64,000 nucleotides of DNA from contig DLKM01000025.1 of NCBI GenBank assembly GCA_002478945.1, forward strand, positions 46,557-110,556. The letters run 5' to 3'. Shown in pieces: positions 27,618-38,046 of this stretch. Source of the stretch: Christensenella sp. UBA7588. Lineage in GTDB: Bacteria > Bacillota > Clostridia > Christensenellales > CAG-917. A model generated the notes under the pieces. It searched no databases, was not told where the DNA came from, and saw only the letters and a program-made list of their open reading frames with translations. The stretch's first letter is position 1. Every line of letters begins with the position of its first letter. The translations under genes and the position numbers were made by a program.

Positions 27618-28265
27618 TTATTTGCAATCGTGCATCGTTTTTATGGTTTTTTGCGGATTTTGCGACTTAAACACCGCGCTTCCCGCAACCGCAATATCTA
27701 TTCCCGACTGCGCGCATAACGCCGCGTTTTCTTCGCATATTCCGCCGTCCGCTTCGATAAGATACGAATAGCCGTTGTCTTTTCTCGCTTTTACGCCGAG
27801 CGCAACTTTTTCAAGGCATTCCGGCTTAAAACTCTGCCCTCCGAAACCTGCCTGAACGGTCATAATAACAAGATAATCAATTTGGTCAAGATACGGAACA
27901 ACAACGTCGAAATCGACGTCCGCATTGACGACGAGTCCGCACTTTTTGCCTTTCGATTTAATAATGTCGAGCGCGCCTTGCACGTCTTTGGACGCTTCGG
28001 GATGGAACGTAACTATATCTGCGCCTGCGTCGCAAAACGCTCCGACGTATTTCTCGGGTTCGGTTATCATAAGATGTGCGTCGATTGGCAAAGCGGTATA
28101 TTTGCGCAACGCTTTTACCATAGGCATACCGAAAGTGATATTCGGAACGTATACGCCGTCCATAACGTCGCAATGCACTATATCCGCGCCCCATTTTTCG
28201 ACGTCTTTCACGGCTTGAGCCATATTGCCGAAATCTGCAGACAATATCGATGGTGCAACTAACAT
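27618..28265 (-). CDS. rpe: Ribulose-phosphate 3-epimerase
   Basis: MLVAPSILSADFGN start (internal ATG at 28265), HCDVMDG, and the MTVQAGFGGQ motif. Confidence 0.9.
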   Translation of the reverse strand: MLVAPSILSADFGNMAQAVKDVEKWGADIVHCDVMDGVYVPNITFGMPMVKALRKYTALPIDAHLMITEPEKYVGAFCDAGADIVTFHPEASKDVQGALDIIKSKGKKCGLVVNADVDFDVVVPYLDQIDYLVIMTVQAGFGGQSFKPECLEKVALGVKARKDNGYSYLIEADGGICEENAALCAQSGIDIAVAGSAVFKSQNPQKTIKTMHDCK

Positions 28266-28276
28266 ATTTCCCTCCG

Positions 28277-29134
28277 TCAGTCGTATTTGTTTTCTCGTCT
28301 CTGAATCAATTCGTCGTAAATCGCTTTGTAACGGCGATACCTGCCCTCTCCGATTTCCTTGCCGACGTGTTTTTTCACTTCGCAATCGGGTTCGTCGATA
28401 TGTACGCACATATTAAAGCGGCATAGCGGACGATATTTTTCCAAATCGTCAAAATACAATCGCAATTCCTCAGGCTCGATTTTTGCAGCTTCGAGCATAG
28501 AGAATCCGCAAGTATCTACGAAATAAGTATCGTTTCCGACGGCAAATATCTCCGTTTTTCGAGTGGTATTTTTACCTCGTTTTATCTTTCTCGTAAGCTC
28601 TCCGACTTCTAATTCGTCGCTGTCGAGTATTGCGTTAAGCAAAGAACTCTTGCCGACAGCCGACTGCCCCGCAAAACAAGCGGTTTTGCCTTTTGCGGCT
28701 TCGATAAGCACGGAGACGTTCTCCGCCGTCGATGCGCTGCATTCTATTTGCTTCACCACGCCGTCGTATTCGCTCGTGTCGATTGCGCCCAAATCGGTTT
28801 TATTCTTTACGAGAATCGGCTCAATTCCCTCTGCAAGGCAATTAACGATAACTTTGTCGACGAGGATAAAGTCGGGTTCGGGTTCGGGGGCGATAACGAT
28901 AAAGCACACGTCGACGTTGCTGACGTACGGTCTTATAAGGCAGTTTTTGCGAGGTTTGACGTCCTCGATAACGAAACTGTCGCGTTCTTTGGCAATACGA
29001 ACGTAGTCTCCGACGAATATGATACCGTCGTTTTTGAGGCGTTTTCGCGCAAAGCAAACCTTGACGCCGTCCGAGGTGTCAACGAAAAACTTTGAGGCAA
29101 CCGCCTTTATAACTCTGCCGTCGTATGTTTTCAT
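28277..29134 (-). CDS. rsgA: Ribosome small subunit-dependent GTPase A
   Basis: Circularly permuted GTPase (NKTDL ... GQSAVGKSSLLN) and a C-terminal Zn-finger CRFNMCVHIDEPDC. Confidence 0.9.
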   Translation of the reverse strand: MKTYDGRVIKAVASKFFVDTSDGVKVCFARKRLKNDGIIFVGDYVRIAKERDSFVIEDVKPRKNCLIRPYVSNVDVCFIVIAPEPEPDFILVDKVIVNCLAEGIEPILVKNKTDLGAIDTSEYDGVVKQIECSASTAENVSVLIEAAKGKTACFAGQSAVGKSSLLNAILDSDELEVGELTRKIKRGKNTTRKTEIFAVGNDTYFVDTCGFSMLEAAKIEPEELRLYFDDLEKYRPLCRFNMCVHIDEPDCEVKKHVGKEIGEGRYRRYKAIYDELIQRRENKYD

Positions 29135-30225
29135 ATCGTTTGATTCTGTTGCTTATCGTCGCTTTTAAGCTCGTTTTGCAAATAACGTCTGCGAAGTTGT
29201 CCGCACGCTCCCTCTACGTCGTTGCCGAGACTTCTGCGTATCGTTGCCGAAACGCCCAACTTCTCGAGTTTGTGCAAAAACTTTTCCGTGGCGTCCATAT
29301 CGGGTGCTATGTGATTGCGCTCCTTGACTTCGTTAAGTCTTATTAAATTGACGTGCGACGGAAAACCTTTTGTGAGTTTCGCAAGTTCCTTCGCGCAAGC
29401 GTCGGAGTCGTTTTCTCCTTTTATGAGAGTGTATTCGAAGATAACTCGTCTCCCCGTATTCTCGAAATAGAATTTTGCCGCGTCGATAAGCTCGGCTATC
29501 GGAAACGCTCTGTTTACGGGCATAAGCGCGCTTCTCAAATCGTCGAACGGAGCGTGGAGACTGACCGACAACGTAACTTTGTGACCGCTCGTCGCAAACT
29601 TGCGGAGTTTGTCGCAAAGTCCGGAGGTAGAAAGCGAAATGTTGCGTTCGCTTATATTTATGCCTTTTTCGTCGCTTACCGCGTCGAGAAACGCAAGCAC
29701 GTTGTCGTAGTTATCGAACGGCTCGCCGCTTCCCATAAGCACCAAATTTGTTATCTTTCTGTTCTTTGCCGTGCCGCCTACCGCTCTGTTTACCGCAACG
29801 ACCTGTCCGAGCATCTCTCCGACAGTCAGATTGCGCACGAGTCCGTCAAGCGTCGAAGCGCAAAACGTACACCCCATACGACAGCCGACCTGCGTGGACA
29901 AGCAAAGCGTGTCTCCGTAATCGTGAGGCATATAAACGCCTTCTATGAGATTGTCGTCGGGAAGCCTGAAAAGATACTTTTGCGTGCCTGACTTGCCTTT
30001 GTATACGTTGAGAATTTCAATCGGATTTGCGATATAACTAGCCTTCAGATATTCCCTCAAATCTTTCTTCAGAGAGGTCATTTCGTCAAAGCCTTTTCCG
30101 TCCATCAAAAATCCGTATATTTGCAAAGCGGTAAATTTGGGACAATCGGGCAATTCCTCGCTTATGCGAGGTATATCGAGTCCGAGAAGGGTTTTCTTTT
30201 GCGTAACCGTAACTTCGTCCGTCAT
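29131..30225 (-). CDS. rlmN: 23S rRNA/tRNA (adenine-C2)-methyltransferase RlmN (radical SAM)
   Basis: LSTQVGCRMGCTFCAS radical-SAM cluster motif and the C-terminal GNDVEGACGQL motif. Confidence 0.92.
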   Translation of the reverse strand: MTDEVTVTQKKTLLGLDIPRISEELPDCPKFTALQIYGFLMDGKGFDEMTSLKKDLREYLKASYIANPIEILNVYKGKSGTQKYLFRLPDDNLIEGVYMPHDYGDTLCLSTQVGCRMGCTFCASTLDGLVRNLTVGEMLGQVVAVNRAVGGTAKNRKITNLVLMGSGEPFDNYDNVLAFLDAVSDEKGINISERNISLSTSGLCDKLRKFATSGHKVTLSVSLHAPFDDLRSALMPVNRAFPIAELIDAAKFYFENTGRRVIFEYTLIKGENDSDACAKELAKLTKGFPSHVNLIRLNEVKERNHIAPDMDATEKFLHKLEKLGVSATIRRSLGNDVEGACGQLRRRYLQNELKSDDKQQNQTI

Positions 30226-31493
30226 TTTACTCTCCGAATTTTTGCGATATAAAACCCGTCGTATTCGTCGTGCGGAAGAATGCGTATCCTGCCGTCGTTA
30301 TCGTTGAAATTCTCATCGTCGAAATCGAGATTTATTTTCTCGATTGCAAAGCAATCGTCTTTCAAAAACTCGTCTACAACGTCGTCGTTTTCTTCCTTAA
30401 AAAGCGTGCAGGTGGAATAAACCGCCGCTCCGCCGACCTTGAGATACTTGCCTGCGTTTTTCAATATGGCAAGTTGCGTTTTTGCAAGGTTTTGCAAATC
30501 TTCCTCTTTCCTCGTCAAAAACACGTCGGGATGTTTTCTGTAAGTGCCGAGGCAGGAACACGGAGCGTCTACAAGAACGAAATCGAACTTGTCTTTCCAC
30601 TCCTCGTTATACTTCGTAGCGTCCGCCTGAACGGCTTTGACGTTGGGCGTATGCATACGGTTTTTGTATTTTTGTATGAGTGCCACTCTGTGCGGATGCA
30701 AGTCGCAAGCGGTTATTACCGAATGCGGGCAAAGTTCGCTCATATAAATCGCTTTGCCGCCTGGTGCGGAACAAATATCGAGAATTTGCGCGCCGTCATT
30801 CAATCCGAGAGCTTTTACGGCAATCATACTCGACGGAGACTGATACGTCACGAGTCCTTTGTCAAACATAGATTTGACGACTTCCGTCGCACGCACTTTG
30901 TATCCGCCCACGGGAGTTTTTTCGTAACGCTCTTTTCGTTTGTTCAGTATGTTTTCGACGTCTACGCAAGTTGCCATACGAGTGTTGACTCGTATATGTT
31001 CGGTTGCGTCGTACGGTGCTTTCAGCGTGTCGATTGTTCTTTCCTTGCCGTAACAAGCAATCATTTTGTCGATAAACCATTGCGGTTTGGAATACGTTAC
31101 GGACAAATAGTTTTCGTCGCTTTCATTCGGCAGAACATATTTGCCGTCCGCAACCTTTTTAAGCACGGCGTTGACAAAGCCCGAAGCTCCGCCCTTACCG
31201 TTCGCTTTTGCGACTTCGACGCATTCGCTCACAATCGCGAATTTCGGAACGTCCGTAAGTTCCAAAAGCGCGTAAGTGCCGATTTTAAGAAGCAAATACA
31301 CGGCGTTTTGAGGTTTTTTGGTTACAAGACGGCTCAAAACGTACTCGATTTTGACGTTATTTTCAATCACGCCGTAAACGAGTTTCGTCGTCATATCGCT
31401 CACGTTTTCGCCGTAAAACGCCATATTGCTGTACGTTCCGTCGGCGTATACTTTCGTGAGAATTTTTAGAGCCGAATTTATATACTTCCTCAT
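30222..31493 (-). CDS. rsmB: 16S rRNA (cytosine967-C5)-methyltransferase RsmB
   Basis: NusB-like N-terminal domain, DxCSAPGGK SAM motif, DAPCSCLGT and YSTCT catalytic Cys motifs. fmt-rsmB synteny. Confidence 0.88.
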   Translation of the reverse strand: MRKYINSALKILTKVYADGTYSNMAFYGENVSDMTTKLVYGVIENNVKIEYVLSRLVTKKPQNAVYLLLKIGTYALLELTDVPKFAIVSECVEVAKANGKGGASGFVNAVLKKVADGKYVLPNESDENYLSVTYSKPQWFIDKMIACYGKERTIDTLKAPYDATEHIRVNTRMATCVDVENILNKRKERYEKTPVGGYKVRATEVVKSMFDKGLVTYQSPSSMIAVKALGLNDGAQILDICSAPGGKAIYMSELCPHSVITACDLHPHRVALIQKYKNRMHTPNVKAVQADATKYNEEWKDKFDFVLVDAPCSCLGTYRKHPDVFLTRKEEDLQNLAKTQLAILKNAGKYLKVGGAAVYSTCTLFKEENDDVVDEFLKDDCFAIEKINLDFDDENFNDNDGRIRILPHDEYDGFYIAKIRRVK

Positions 31494-31494
31494 A

Positions 31495-32421
31495 TTAACC
31501 TAATATATATCCTTTTTCAATGCGTCTGCCGAGCAAAAAATCGGAATCGCTCATACGTTTCGAGCCTTCGAGTTGAATCTGACAAAGCCTTACCGCTCCG
31601 TCCGCAACTTTGACAATCAAGCCGTCTTTCGGGTTTGCTTCGACGACCTCTCCGCATTTTGCCGCGCAGTCGTATTCGACTTTTTCCACGTCGAACACCT
31701 TGAGCGTTTTTCCCTCGTAATGCGTAAACGCGGACGGCCAAGGCGTCATTCCCCTCACGAAACAGTCGATTTGGCTCGAAGTTTTCGCAAAATCGATAAC
31801 TCCGTCCTCTTTGCGTATCATAGAGCAATGAGTTGCCTCGTCGTCGTTTTGCGGCGTAAAAACGGCGTTGCCGTCAACGAGTTTGCCGATTGCTTCGACT
31901 ATTGCGTCTCCGCCCATAACGGCAAGCCTGTCAAACAACTCTCCCGCGGTTTCTTTATCGCCGATTTTCGTCTTTGACTGCAAGAGAATATCACCTGCGT
32001 CAACGGCTTTAACCGTTCTCATAATGGTTATGCCCGTTTCCTTTTCTCCGTCGATGATAGACCATTGAATGGGAGACGAACCTCTGTATTTCGGCAAAAG
32101 CGAAGCGTGTACGTTAAGCACGCCGTATTTGGGTATAGACAAAAACCTCTCGCTGAGAATCTGACCGAAAGCCGCTGTTATCACCACGTCGGGAGCGAGT
32201 TTTTCAATATCTTCGATGCCTTCCCTCGATACCTTTTCGTATTGCAGAACGTCTATGCCGAGTTCCTGCGCCTTGACTTTGAGCGGAGACGGTTTGAGTT
32301 GATAACCGCGTCCGACGGGTTTATCGAGTCCTGTCACGACGGCACTTACGGGATATACAGAATTGAGTTTTTCAAGCACGACCGCGGAAAAATCAGGCGT
32401 ACCCATAAAGATTATTTTCAT
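31495..32421 (-). CDS. fmt: Methionyl-tRNA formyltransferase
   Basis: MKIIFMGTPDFS start, NVHASLLPKYRGSSPIQ motif. Confidence 0.93.
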   Translation of the reverse strand: MKIIFMGTPDFSAVVLEKLNSVYPVSAVVTGLDKPVGRGYQLKPSPLKVKAQELGIDVLQYEKVSREGIEDIEKLAPDVVITAAFGQILSERFLSIPKYGVLNVHASLLPKYRGSSPIQWSIIDGEKETGITIMRTVKAVDAGDILLQSKTKIGDKETAGELFDRLAVMGGDAIVEAIGKLVDGNAVFTPQNDDEATHCSMIRKEDGVIDFAKTSSQIDCFVRGMTPWPSAFTHYEGKTLKVFDVEKVEYDCAAKCGEVVEANPKDGLIVKVADGAVRLCQIQLEGSKRMSDSDFLLGRRIEKGYILG

Positions 32422-32879
32422 TCGTCAGCCTCGTCGAGAATTTCTTTGCATTTGCTCGTATATACTATGCCGTCCAAGTGGTCGATTTCGTGGCAAAAAG
32501 CACGAGCGGTAAAGCCCGAAACTTTGTATTTTTGTTCCTTTCCGAATCTGTCCTGCGCAACGACGTTTACCTTCATCGGACGAGAAACGTAACCGTATTT
32601 TTTCGGCACGGAAAGACAGCCTTCGAGTCCTGTCTGCTCTCCGCTCGAGGACGTGATTTTGGGATTTACAAGTTCGTAATAACCGTCGTCGGTGTCAACG
32701 ACGCACACACGCTTCAAAACCGCCACCTGAGGTGCGGCAAGACCTGCGCCGTTGGCGTCTTTTACTGTCTCTTTCATATCGTCCAAAAGCGTCCAAAGTC
32801 TTTCGTCAAAACTATCGACGACTCTGCACTTTTTGTTCAAAATCGGGTCGGGAACTTTAACTATAAGTCTTTTTGCCAT
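32418..32879 (-). CDS. def: Peptide deformylase
   Basis: GAGLAAPQV, EGCLS and HEIDHLDG motifs. Internal start MAKRLIV used. Confidence 0.92.
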   Translation of the reverse strand: MAKRLIVKVPDPILNKKCRVVDSFDERLWTLLDDMKETVKDANGAGLAAPQVAVLKRVCVVDTDDGYYELVNPKITSSSGEQTGLEGCLSVPKKYGYVSRPMKVNVVAQDRFGKEQKYKVSGFTARAFCHEIDHLDGIVYTSKCKEILDEADE

Positions 32880-32890
32880 ATTATCCTCCG

Positions 32891-35065
32891 TCAAATAAGG
32901 CTCTGCGGATTGATTTCCACAAAAACGTTGCACTTTTTCGACCTGTTTTGGTCGGTAACGGCGTAAATCTTGTCGATAATCCTTTCAAACTCGTCGGGAA
33001 CGACTCTCATAAGTATCTGATAGCGACAAAGCCCGTTCATTTTGGTTACGGGGGATTTGCTCGCTCCGAGATATACGAATTTGCCGTTGTCCTTTTCTAT
33101 CGTTTGAATAGCCTTGTATATGTTTCTCGTCGTGTCGACCACGTCCTGTTCGTTTACCGACGTGCAAAGAATGCGCACGACGTTGGTAAACGGCGGGAAC
33201 TTGGTTACCATACGAGTATTGATTTCTTTTTTCCAAAAGCCGAGGTAGTCGTAATTTTTTCCGAATCGGAAAACGTAATGCTTCGGCGCATAAGTTTGCA
33301 AAATCACTCTGCCTGCTTTATCCGCTCTGCCCGCGCGTCCCGCAACCTGCGTGATAAGCTGGAACGTGCGTTCGCTCGAGCGATAATCGCTGAAATACAG
33401 CGCGGCGTCCGCTTCGAGTATTCCCACGAGCGTAACGTTTGCAAAGTCGTGTCCTTTTGCAATCATTTGAGTGCCGACGAGTACGTCGGCTTGTTTGTCG
33501 GCAAACGCGGACAGTATTTTGAAATAACTGTCTTTTCGCACCGTCGTGTCGTTGTCCATACGCAACACTCTCACGTCGGGAATGAGTTTTTTAAGCTCGT
33601 CGACGACTTTTTCGGTGCCTATTCTGCCTTGTTTGATTTGGTCGCTACCGCAGTTGGGACACTTTGTCAACGCATGGTATCTTCTGCCGCAATAGTGGCA
33701 CTTGAGTTCGTTGTCCTCTTTGTGGTATGTAAGCGACACGTCGCAGTCCTCGCATTTTGCGACGTAACCGCACTCTTTGCATCTGATAAACGACGCAAAG
33801 CCTCTGCGGTTGAGGAAAAGCATTGCCTGCTCTCCTCTCGCAATCGTTTCTTTGAGTGCGTCCTGAAGCGCGACCGAGAAAAGCGAGCGATTGCCCATTC
33901 TGAACTCTTGCGTCATATCCACGATTTCCATTTCGGGAAGGGCGTGTTTGGATATGCGATTTTTGAGGGTTATGAGATGATATTCCCCTTGCGTTGCCTT
34001 GAGATATGTATCCATATCGGGCGTTGCAGAACCGAGGACGAGGACTCCTCCGTTTGCTTTTGCCCTGTACTCGGCAATGCGCTTGGTGTCGTAACGAGGA
34101 TTTGACTCCGACAAATAACTGGTGTCGTGTTCCTCGTCGATAATGATTGCTCCTATGTTTTCAAGCGGCGCGAAAATAGCCGAACGCGCGCCTATCGCGA
34201 TATGCGCATTGCCCGTTTTGAGGCGTTTCCATTCGTCGTATCTTTCGCTCGCGTTCAGACCGCTGTGAAGAATCGCGACGTCGTCGCCGAATCTCGCTCT
34301 GAAAAGTCCTAACATCTGCGGAGTCAGCGAAATCTCGGGAACGAGCATAATTGCCGTTTTGCCCTCCGCAATGGTGCGTTCGATTACGGTTTCGTACACT
34401 TCCGTTTTTCCGCTACCCGTAACGCCGTGGATAAGGAACGTGCCTTTACCGTGCATAATCTGCTCCACAGCAGACGATTGCGCGTCTGTCAGAACGACTC
34501 GCTTATCGTCTTTTTTCAGCGTTTGAAGGGGCGTGGAACGCTCGTGAACGTCGCTCTCTACTACGACGCCTTTTTCACGCAAGCCGTTGATTGCCGACAC
34601 TCCGAATTTCGCAACGAGAAAGCTCAAAAACTGACCGCTGTTTGCCGCGATATAGTCGATAGCTTCCTGCTGTTTTTGCGCTCTCGAGCCTATAATTTCT
34701 TTGATTTGTTCAAGCGACCTCGTATCGTCGACCGTCAGATACTTGCGAGTATATTCGGGGTCTTTCTCCTCTCGCAACTTTGCCGGAATAAACAGGCGCA
34801 ATACGTCGATATAGCGAAGATTGTACGTCTTGCGCATAAAGTTCATAAGTCCCAACTGCTCGGGACTTATCGGAGAATCGATATAGGTTGCTTTTTTGAG
34901 ATTGGAAAATTCCGAAGAATCTTTTTTGCCGATGACAAAACCGATTATTCTTTTTCGTCCGAATTCGACCGAAACTCTGCTTCCGATAGGTACGTCGTCT
35001 CCTAAATAGTCGAAAGTACGGTCGATTTCGCTTGTGGAAATGTCAACGATAACTTCAAGAATCAT
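32891..35065 (-). CDS. priA: Primosomal replication protein N' (PriA helicase)
   Basis: GVTGSGKTEVY Walker A, DEEHD, Cys-rich Zn-binding insert (CKECGY...CPNCGS). Internal start MILEVIVD gives an ATGA overlap with the coaBC stop. Confidence 0.92.
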   Translation of the reverse strand: MILEVIVDISTSEIDRTFDYLGDDVPIGSRVSVEFGRKRIIGFVIGKKDSSEFSNLKKATYIDSPISPEQLGLMNFMRKTYNLRYIDVLRLFIPAKLREEKDPEYTRKYLTVDDTRSLEQIKEIIGSRAQKQQEAIDYIAANSGQFLSFLVAKFGVSAINGLREKGVVVESDVHERSTPLQTLKKDDKRVVLTDAQSSAVEQIMHGKGTFLIHGVTGSGKTEVYETVIERTIAEGKTAIMLVPEISLTPQMLGLFRARFGDDVAILHSGLNASERYDEWKRLKTGNAHIAIGARSAIFAPLENIGAIIIDEEHDTSYLSESNPRYDTKRIAEYRAKANGGVLVLGSATPDMDTYLKATQGEYHLITLKNRISKHALPEMEIVDMTQEFRMGNRSLFSVALQDALKETIARGEQAMLFLNRRGFASFIRCKECGYVAKCEDCDVSLTYHKEDNELKCHYCGRRYHALTKCPNCGSDQIKQGRIGTEKVVDELKKLIPDVRVLRMDNDTTVRKDSYFKILSAFADKQADVLVGTQMIAKGHDFANVTLVGILEADAALYFSDYRSSERTFQLITQVAGRAGRADKAGRVILQTYAPKHYVFRFGKNYDYLGFWKKEINTRMVTKFPPFTNVVRILCTSVNEQDVVDTTRNIYKAIQTIEKDNGKFVYLGASKSPVTKMNGLCRYQILMRVVPDEFERIIDKIYAVTDQNRSKKCNVFVEINPQSLI

Positions 35066-36246
35066 AACGAAATTACCTTGTCGAGAATCATATCGGCAAG
35101 TTTGCGTTTGCTCACTTCTCCGCTCTCGATTTCGTTGCCGTCGTTGTCGATAATCGTTGCGACGTTCGTATCGCAATTAAATCCCGCGCCCTTTTGCGTC
35201 ACGTCGTTTGCCACAACCAAATCCGCGTGTTTCTTTTTGAGTTTGCCCTTTGCATTCTCAATAAGATTTTCGGTTTCTGCGGAAAAAACGACGAGTTTTC
35301 TATCCCCTTTATTTTCGCCCAAAGTGCGTGCGATGTCGGGGTTTTTGACAAACTCCATCGTGATTTCGTCGGCTTTGATTTTGTTGTCGTAGCGCACTTT
35401 CGGACGATAATCCGCAGGCGCGGCAGCCATAATCGCAACGTCGCAAGATTCGAACTCCGCCTTGCAAGCGTCGAGCATATCGAGCGTCGACGTGACTTTT
35501 ATCGCTTTTTCGACGCAATCGGGAACTTTTACGCTCATATTGCCGTAAACGAAAACGACGCTACCGCCTCTGTCCGCAACCGCTTGAGCAAGCGCGCACC
35601 CCATTTTTCCGCTGGAATGATTGGTAATAACGCGCACTCCGTCGATATACTCCTCCGTGCCGCCCGACGTGACAAGCACTCTCTTGCCCTCGAAATCTTG
35701 CACGGGCGTGAGATAATCGACTATCGCTTTAACGATGTCGACGGGTTCCGCCATTCTGCCCTTTCCGACAACGCCGCAAGCAAGCAATCCGACGTTTGCG
35801 TCGCAGAAAAGTGCGCCTCTCTCTTTGAGAATACGCATATTTTCAAGCGTCGCTTCGTCCTCGTACATATTGCAGTTCATTGCGGGACAGATGAGTTTTT
35901 GCGCATTTGAGGCAAGATACGTCGTCGTCAACATATCGTCGGCAATGCCTTGTGCGAATTTTGCGATAACGTTTGCCGTTGCAGGCGCGACTACCAAAAT
36001 GTCCGCCTTGTTCGCAAGTGAGATGTGATTGATGTCAAACTCTTTCACAGGCTCGAACGGATTGGTCACGACCGCCGATTTAGACAAGGTTTGGAATGTT
36101 AAAGGCGTAACGAACTCTTGGGCGTGATTCGTCATAATCACGTCCACGTTCGCGCCGAGTTTTTTGAGCCTCGATACGATTTCGCAAGATTTATAAACGG
36201 CAATTCCGCCGCTTACGCCCAAAACAACGTTCTTTCCGTACAACAT
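35062..36246 (-). CDS. coaBC: Bifunctional phosphopantothenoylcysteine decarboxylase / phosphopantothenate--cysteine ligase
   Basis: VVLGVSGGIAVYK flavoprotein N-terminus, PAMNCNMY, C-terminal ITNHSSGKMG ligase motif. Internal start MLYGKN used. Confidence 0.92.
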   Translation of the reverse strand: MLYGKNVVLGVSGGIAVYKSCEIVSRLKKLGANVDVIMTNHAQEFVTPLTFQTLSKSAVVTNPFEPVKEFDINHISLANKADILVVAPATANVIAKFAQGIADDMLTTTYLASNAQKLICPAMNCNMYEDEATLENMRILKERGALFCDANVGLLACGVVGKGRMAEPVDIVKAIVDYLTPVQDFEGKRVLVTSGGTEEYIDGVRVITNHSSGKMGCALAQAVADRGGSVVFVYGNMSVKVPDCVEKAIKVTSTLDMLDACKAEFESCDVAIMAAAPADYRPKVRYDNKIKADEITMEFVKNPDIARTLGENKGDRKLVVFSAETENLIENAKGKLKKKHADLVVANDVTQKGAGFNCDTNVATIIDNDGNEIESGEVSKRKLADMILDKVISL

Positions 36247-36247
36247 A

Positions 36248-36442
36248 TCAGTCGCGTACGATTTTGATTTTGTCCTCGTAAATCTCTTTGCAAGCAAGAG
36301 AAATCGGTTTCATACCGCTTTTTGCGAGATAGTCGCTTTCGCTCGTAACGAGTTCGCGCGTGCGCTTTGCGACTGCTACGGTAAGTGCGTATCTGCACTC
36401 TGCGTGTTTGATAAGTTTGTCGATTGGTGGGTCAATCATCAT
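36248..36442 (-). CDS. rpoZ: DNA-directed RNA polymerase subunit omega
   Basis: 64 aa, IDKLIKHAECRYALTVAVAKRTREL. gmk-rpoZ-coaBC synteny. Confidence 0.85.
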   Translation of the reverse strand: MMIDPPIDKLIKHAECRYALTVAVAKRTRELVTSESDYLAKSGMKPISLACKEIYEDKIKIVRD

Positions 36443-36484
36443 AATGTTTGTCCTCCGAATTTTATTCGATTAAGTTATAAATTT

Positions 36485-37081
36485 TTATCGACGAACGTCG
36501 TCGACTTTGTTTTCAAGTTGTTTTCTGCGCTGTTCGAGGAAATTCACGATTTTATCCGAACAGTCTTTTGCGACGTCGTTTACGACGACGAAGTCGTAAT
36601 ACGGAATGCTCTTGCTCTCGAATTCTATCTCGTCAAGGCGTTTTTTGAGGCTTTCGGGAGTCTCCGTACCTCTGCCGACGAGGCGTTTTTTCAACTCGTC
36701 GATGGACGGCGGATTGATAAATACCGTCACACAATCGGGATATACTTTTTTGATATTCATCGCTCCGACGCTGTTGATGTCGAGCAAAATATCGTATCCG
36801 TCTTTAAGCAATCTGTCCACTTCGCACTTAAGCGTGCCGTAGCAGTTTGTAAATGTGCGCGTATACTCCAAAAACTCGTCGTTTGCCACTCTTTTTGCAA
36901 ATTCGTCCTCGCTGACAAAATAATAGTCGACGCCGTCTTTCTCGCCCGGTCTCGGCTTTCTCGAAGTGCAAGAAACCGAAAATCTCAAGTTAGGCATAGC
37001 CTGAAACATATGTCCGATTACCGTGCTTTTGCCGACTCCGCTGAATCCCGATATGACAATGAGCAAACCTGTTCTCTGCAT
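36485..37081 (-). CDS. gmk: Guanylate kinase
   Basis: ISGFSGVGKST P-loop, TSRKPRPGEKDGVDYYFV motif. Confidence 0.93.
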   Translation of the reverse strand: MQRTGLLIVISGFSGVGKSTVIGHMFQAMPNLRFSVSCTSRKPRPGEKDGVDYYFVSEDEFAKRVANDEFLEYTRTFTNCYGTLKCEVDRLLKDGYDILLDINSVGAMNIKKVYPDCVTVFINPPSIDELKKRLVGRGTETPESLKKRLDEIEFESKSIPYYDFVVVNDVAKDCSDKIVNFLEQRRKQLENKVDDVRR

Positions 37082-37164
37082 AATATTATCTCCGTCTCAA
37101 ATCTTAGATTTGACAAATCTTTTCTCGTGTTATTGTCCGTATATACCGACGTGCGCTTGCGCCC

Positions 37165-38046
37165 TTATTCGATATTTGCGGCTTGTTCGCGCATTTTTTC
37201 TATCTCGTTTTTGATTGCAAGCACCTCGGTGGTTATGCGCATATCGTTGGCTTTCGAGCCTATCGTATTCGTCTCACGATTGAATTCCTGCACGAGGAAA
37301 TCCATTTTTCTTCCCACGGGTTCGTCGCTTTCGAGCAACGCTCTCATATTCACGATATGCGTGCCGAGACGCGTGATTTCTTCGTCAATCGCGCAACGGT
37401 CTGCATAAAGCGCGACCTCGGTTGCAAGGCGCTGTTTGTCGACGAGCGTAGGCTCCACGACCTCTGCAATGCGCGCGTTAAGCTGTTTGCGATAGTCCTC
37501 GACGACGAGCGGAGCAAACGTAATAATCTTGTCCAAAGACAACTGAATATTGTCGAGTTTGCTCGATATATCCGCTTTTTGAGATAAGCCCTCTTTGGCT
37601 CTCATTGTTTTGAGATTGTCAAGAGCATCTTTCAACGCTTGCATTGTGAGCGCGCCGAGCAGTTCCTCGTCCTCGTTCGCTTGCGTCTTTACGACTACGT
37701 CGGGAACTTTGAGCAAAGCCGAAAGCGTAATGTCGTTGTCAAGCCCCGTATTCTGAGCAAGTTTCTTTGCGGCGGCAAGATAATTGTTCGCGACGTCCAA
37801 ATCCACGTCGAAAACTCCGTCGTTTGCGCCCTTCTGCTCGTACGTCAGATACAGTTCGACGTGACCTCTCGATAAGTTGGAAGAAATGAGTTTCTTAATG
37901 CCGTCCTCGATAAATAAAAATGTGCGAGGCAACTTGAAGTTGCAATCGAGAAATCTGTGATTTACGGTTTTCAACTCTACGACTACGGTCTTACCGTCTT
38001 TTTCCGCCGTACCCTTGCCGTAACCTGTCATACTATACATACGCAC
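37165..38046 (-). CDS. yicC: YicC family stress-induced protein
   Basis: SMTGYGKG start, NHRFLD, C-terminal IKNEIEKMREQAANIE typical of YicC. Upstream of gmk. Confidence 0.85.
   Translation of the reverse strand: MRMYSMTGYGKGTAEKDGKTVVVELKTVNHRFLDCNFKLPRTFLFIEDGIKKLISSNLSRGHVELYLTYEQKGANDGVFDVDLDVANNYLAAAKKLAQNTGLDNDITLSALLKVPDVVVKTQANEDEELLGALTMQALKDALDNLKTMRAKEGLSQKADISSKLDNIQLSLDKIITFAPLVVEDYRKQLNARIAEVVEPTLVDKQRLATEVALYADRCAIDEEITRLGTHIVNMRALLESDEPVGRKMDFLVQEFNRETNTIGSKANDMRITTEVLAIKNEIEKMREQAANIE

Noticed and set aside
27618-28409. N-terminal extensions in the ORF track for rpe, def, priA, coaBC, pcrA, rpmB, the PBP, the GNAT gene and the 46808 membrane protein.
   Set aside because: The extensions are Arg-rich or low-complexity and overlap upstream genes. 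Internal starts restore canonical N-termini, RBS spacing and ATGA-type junctions.
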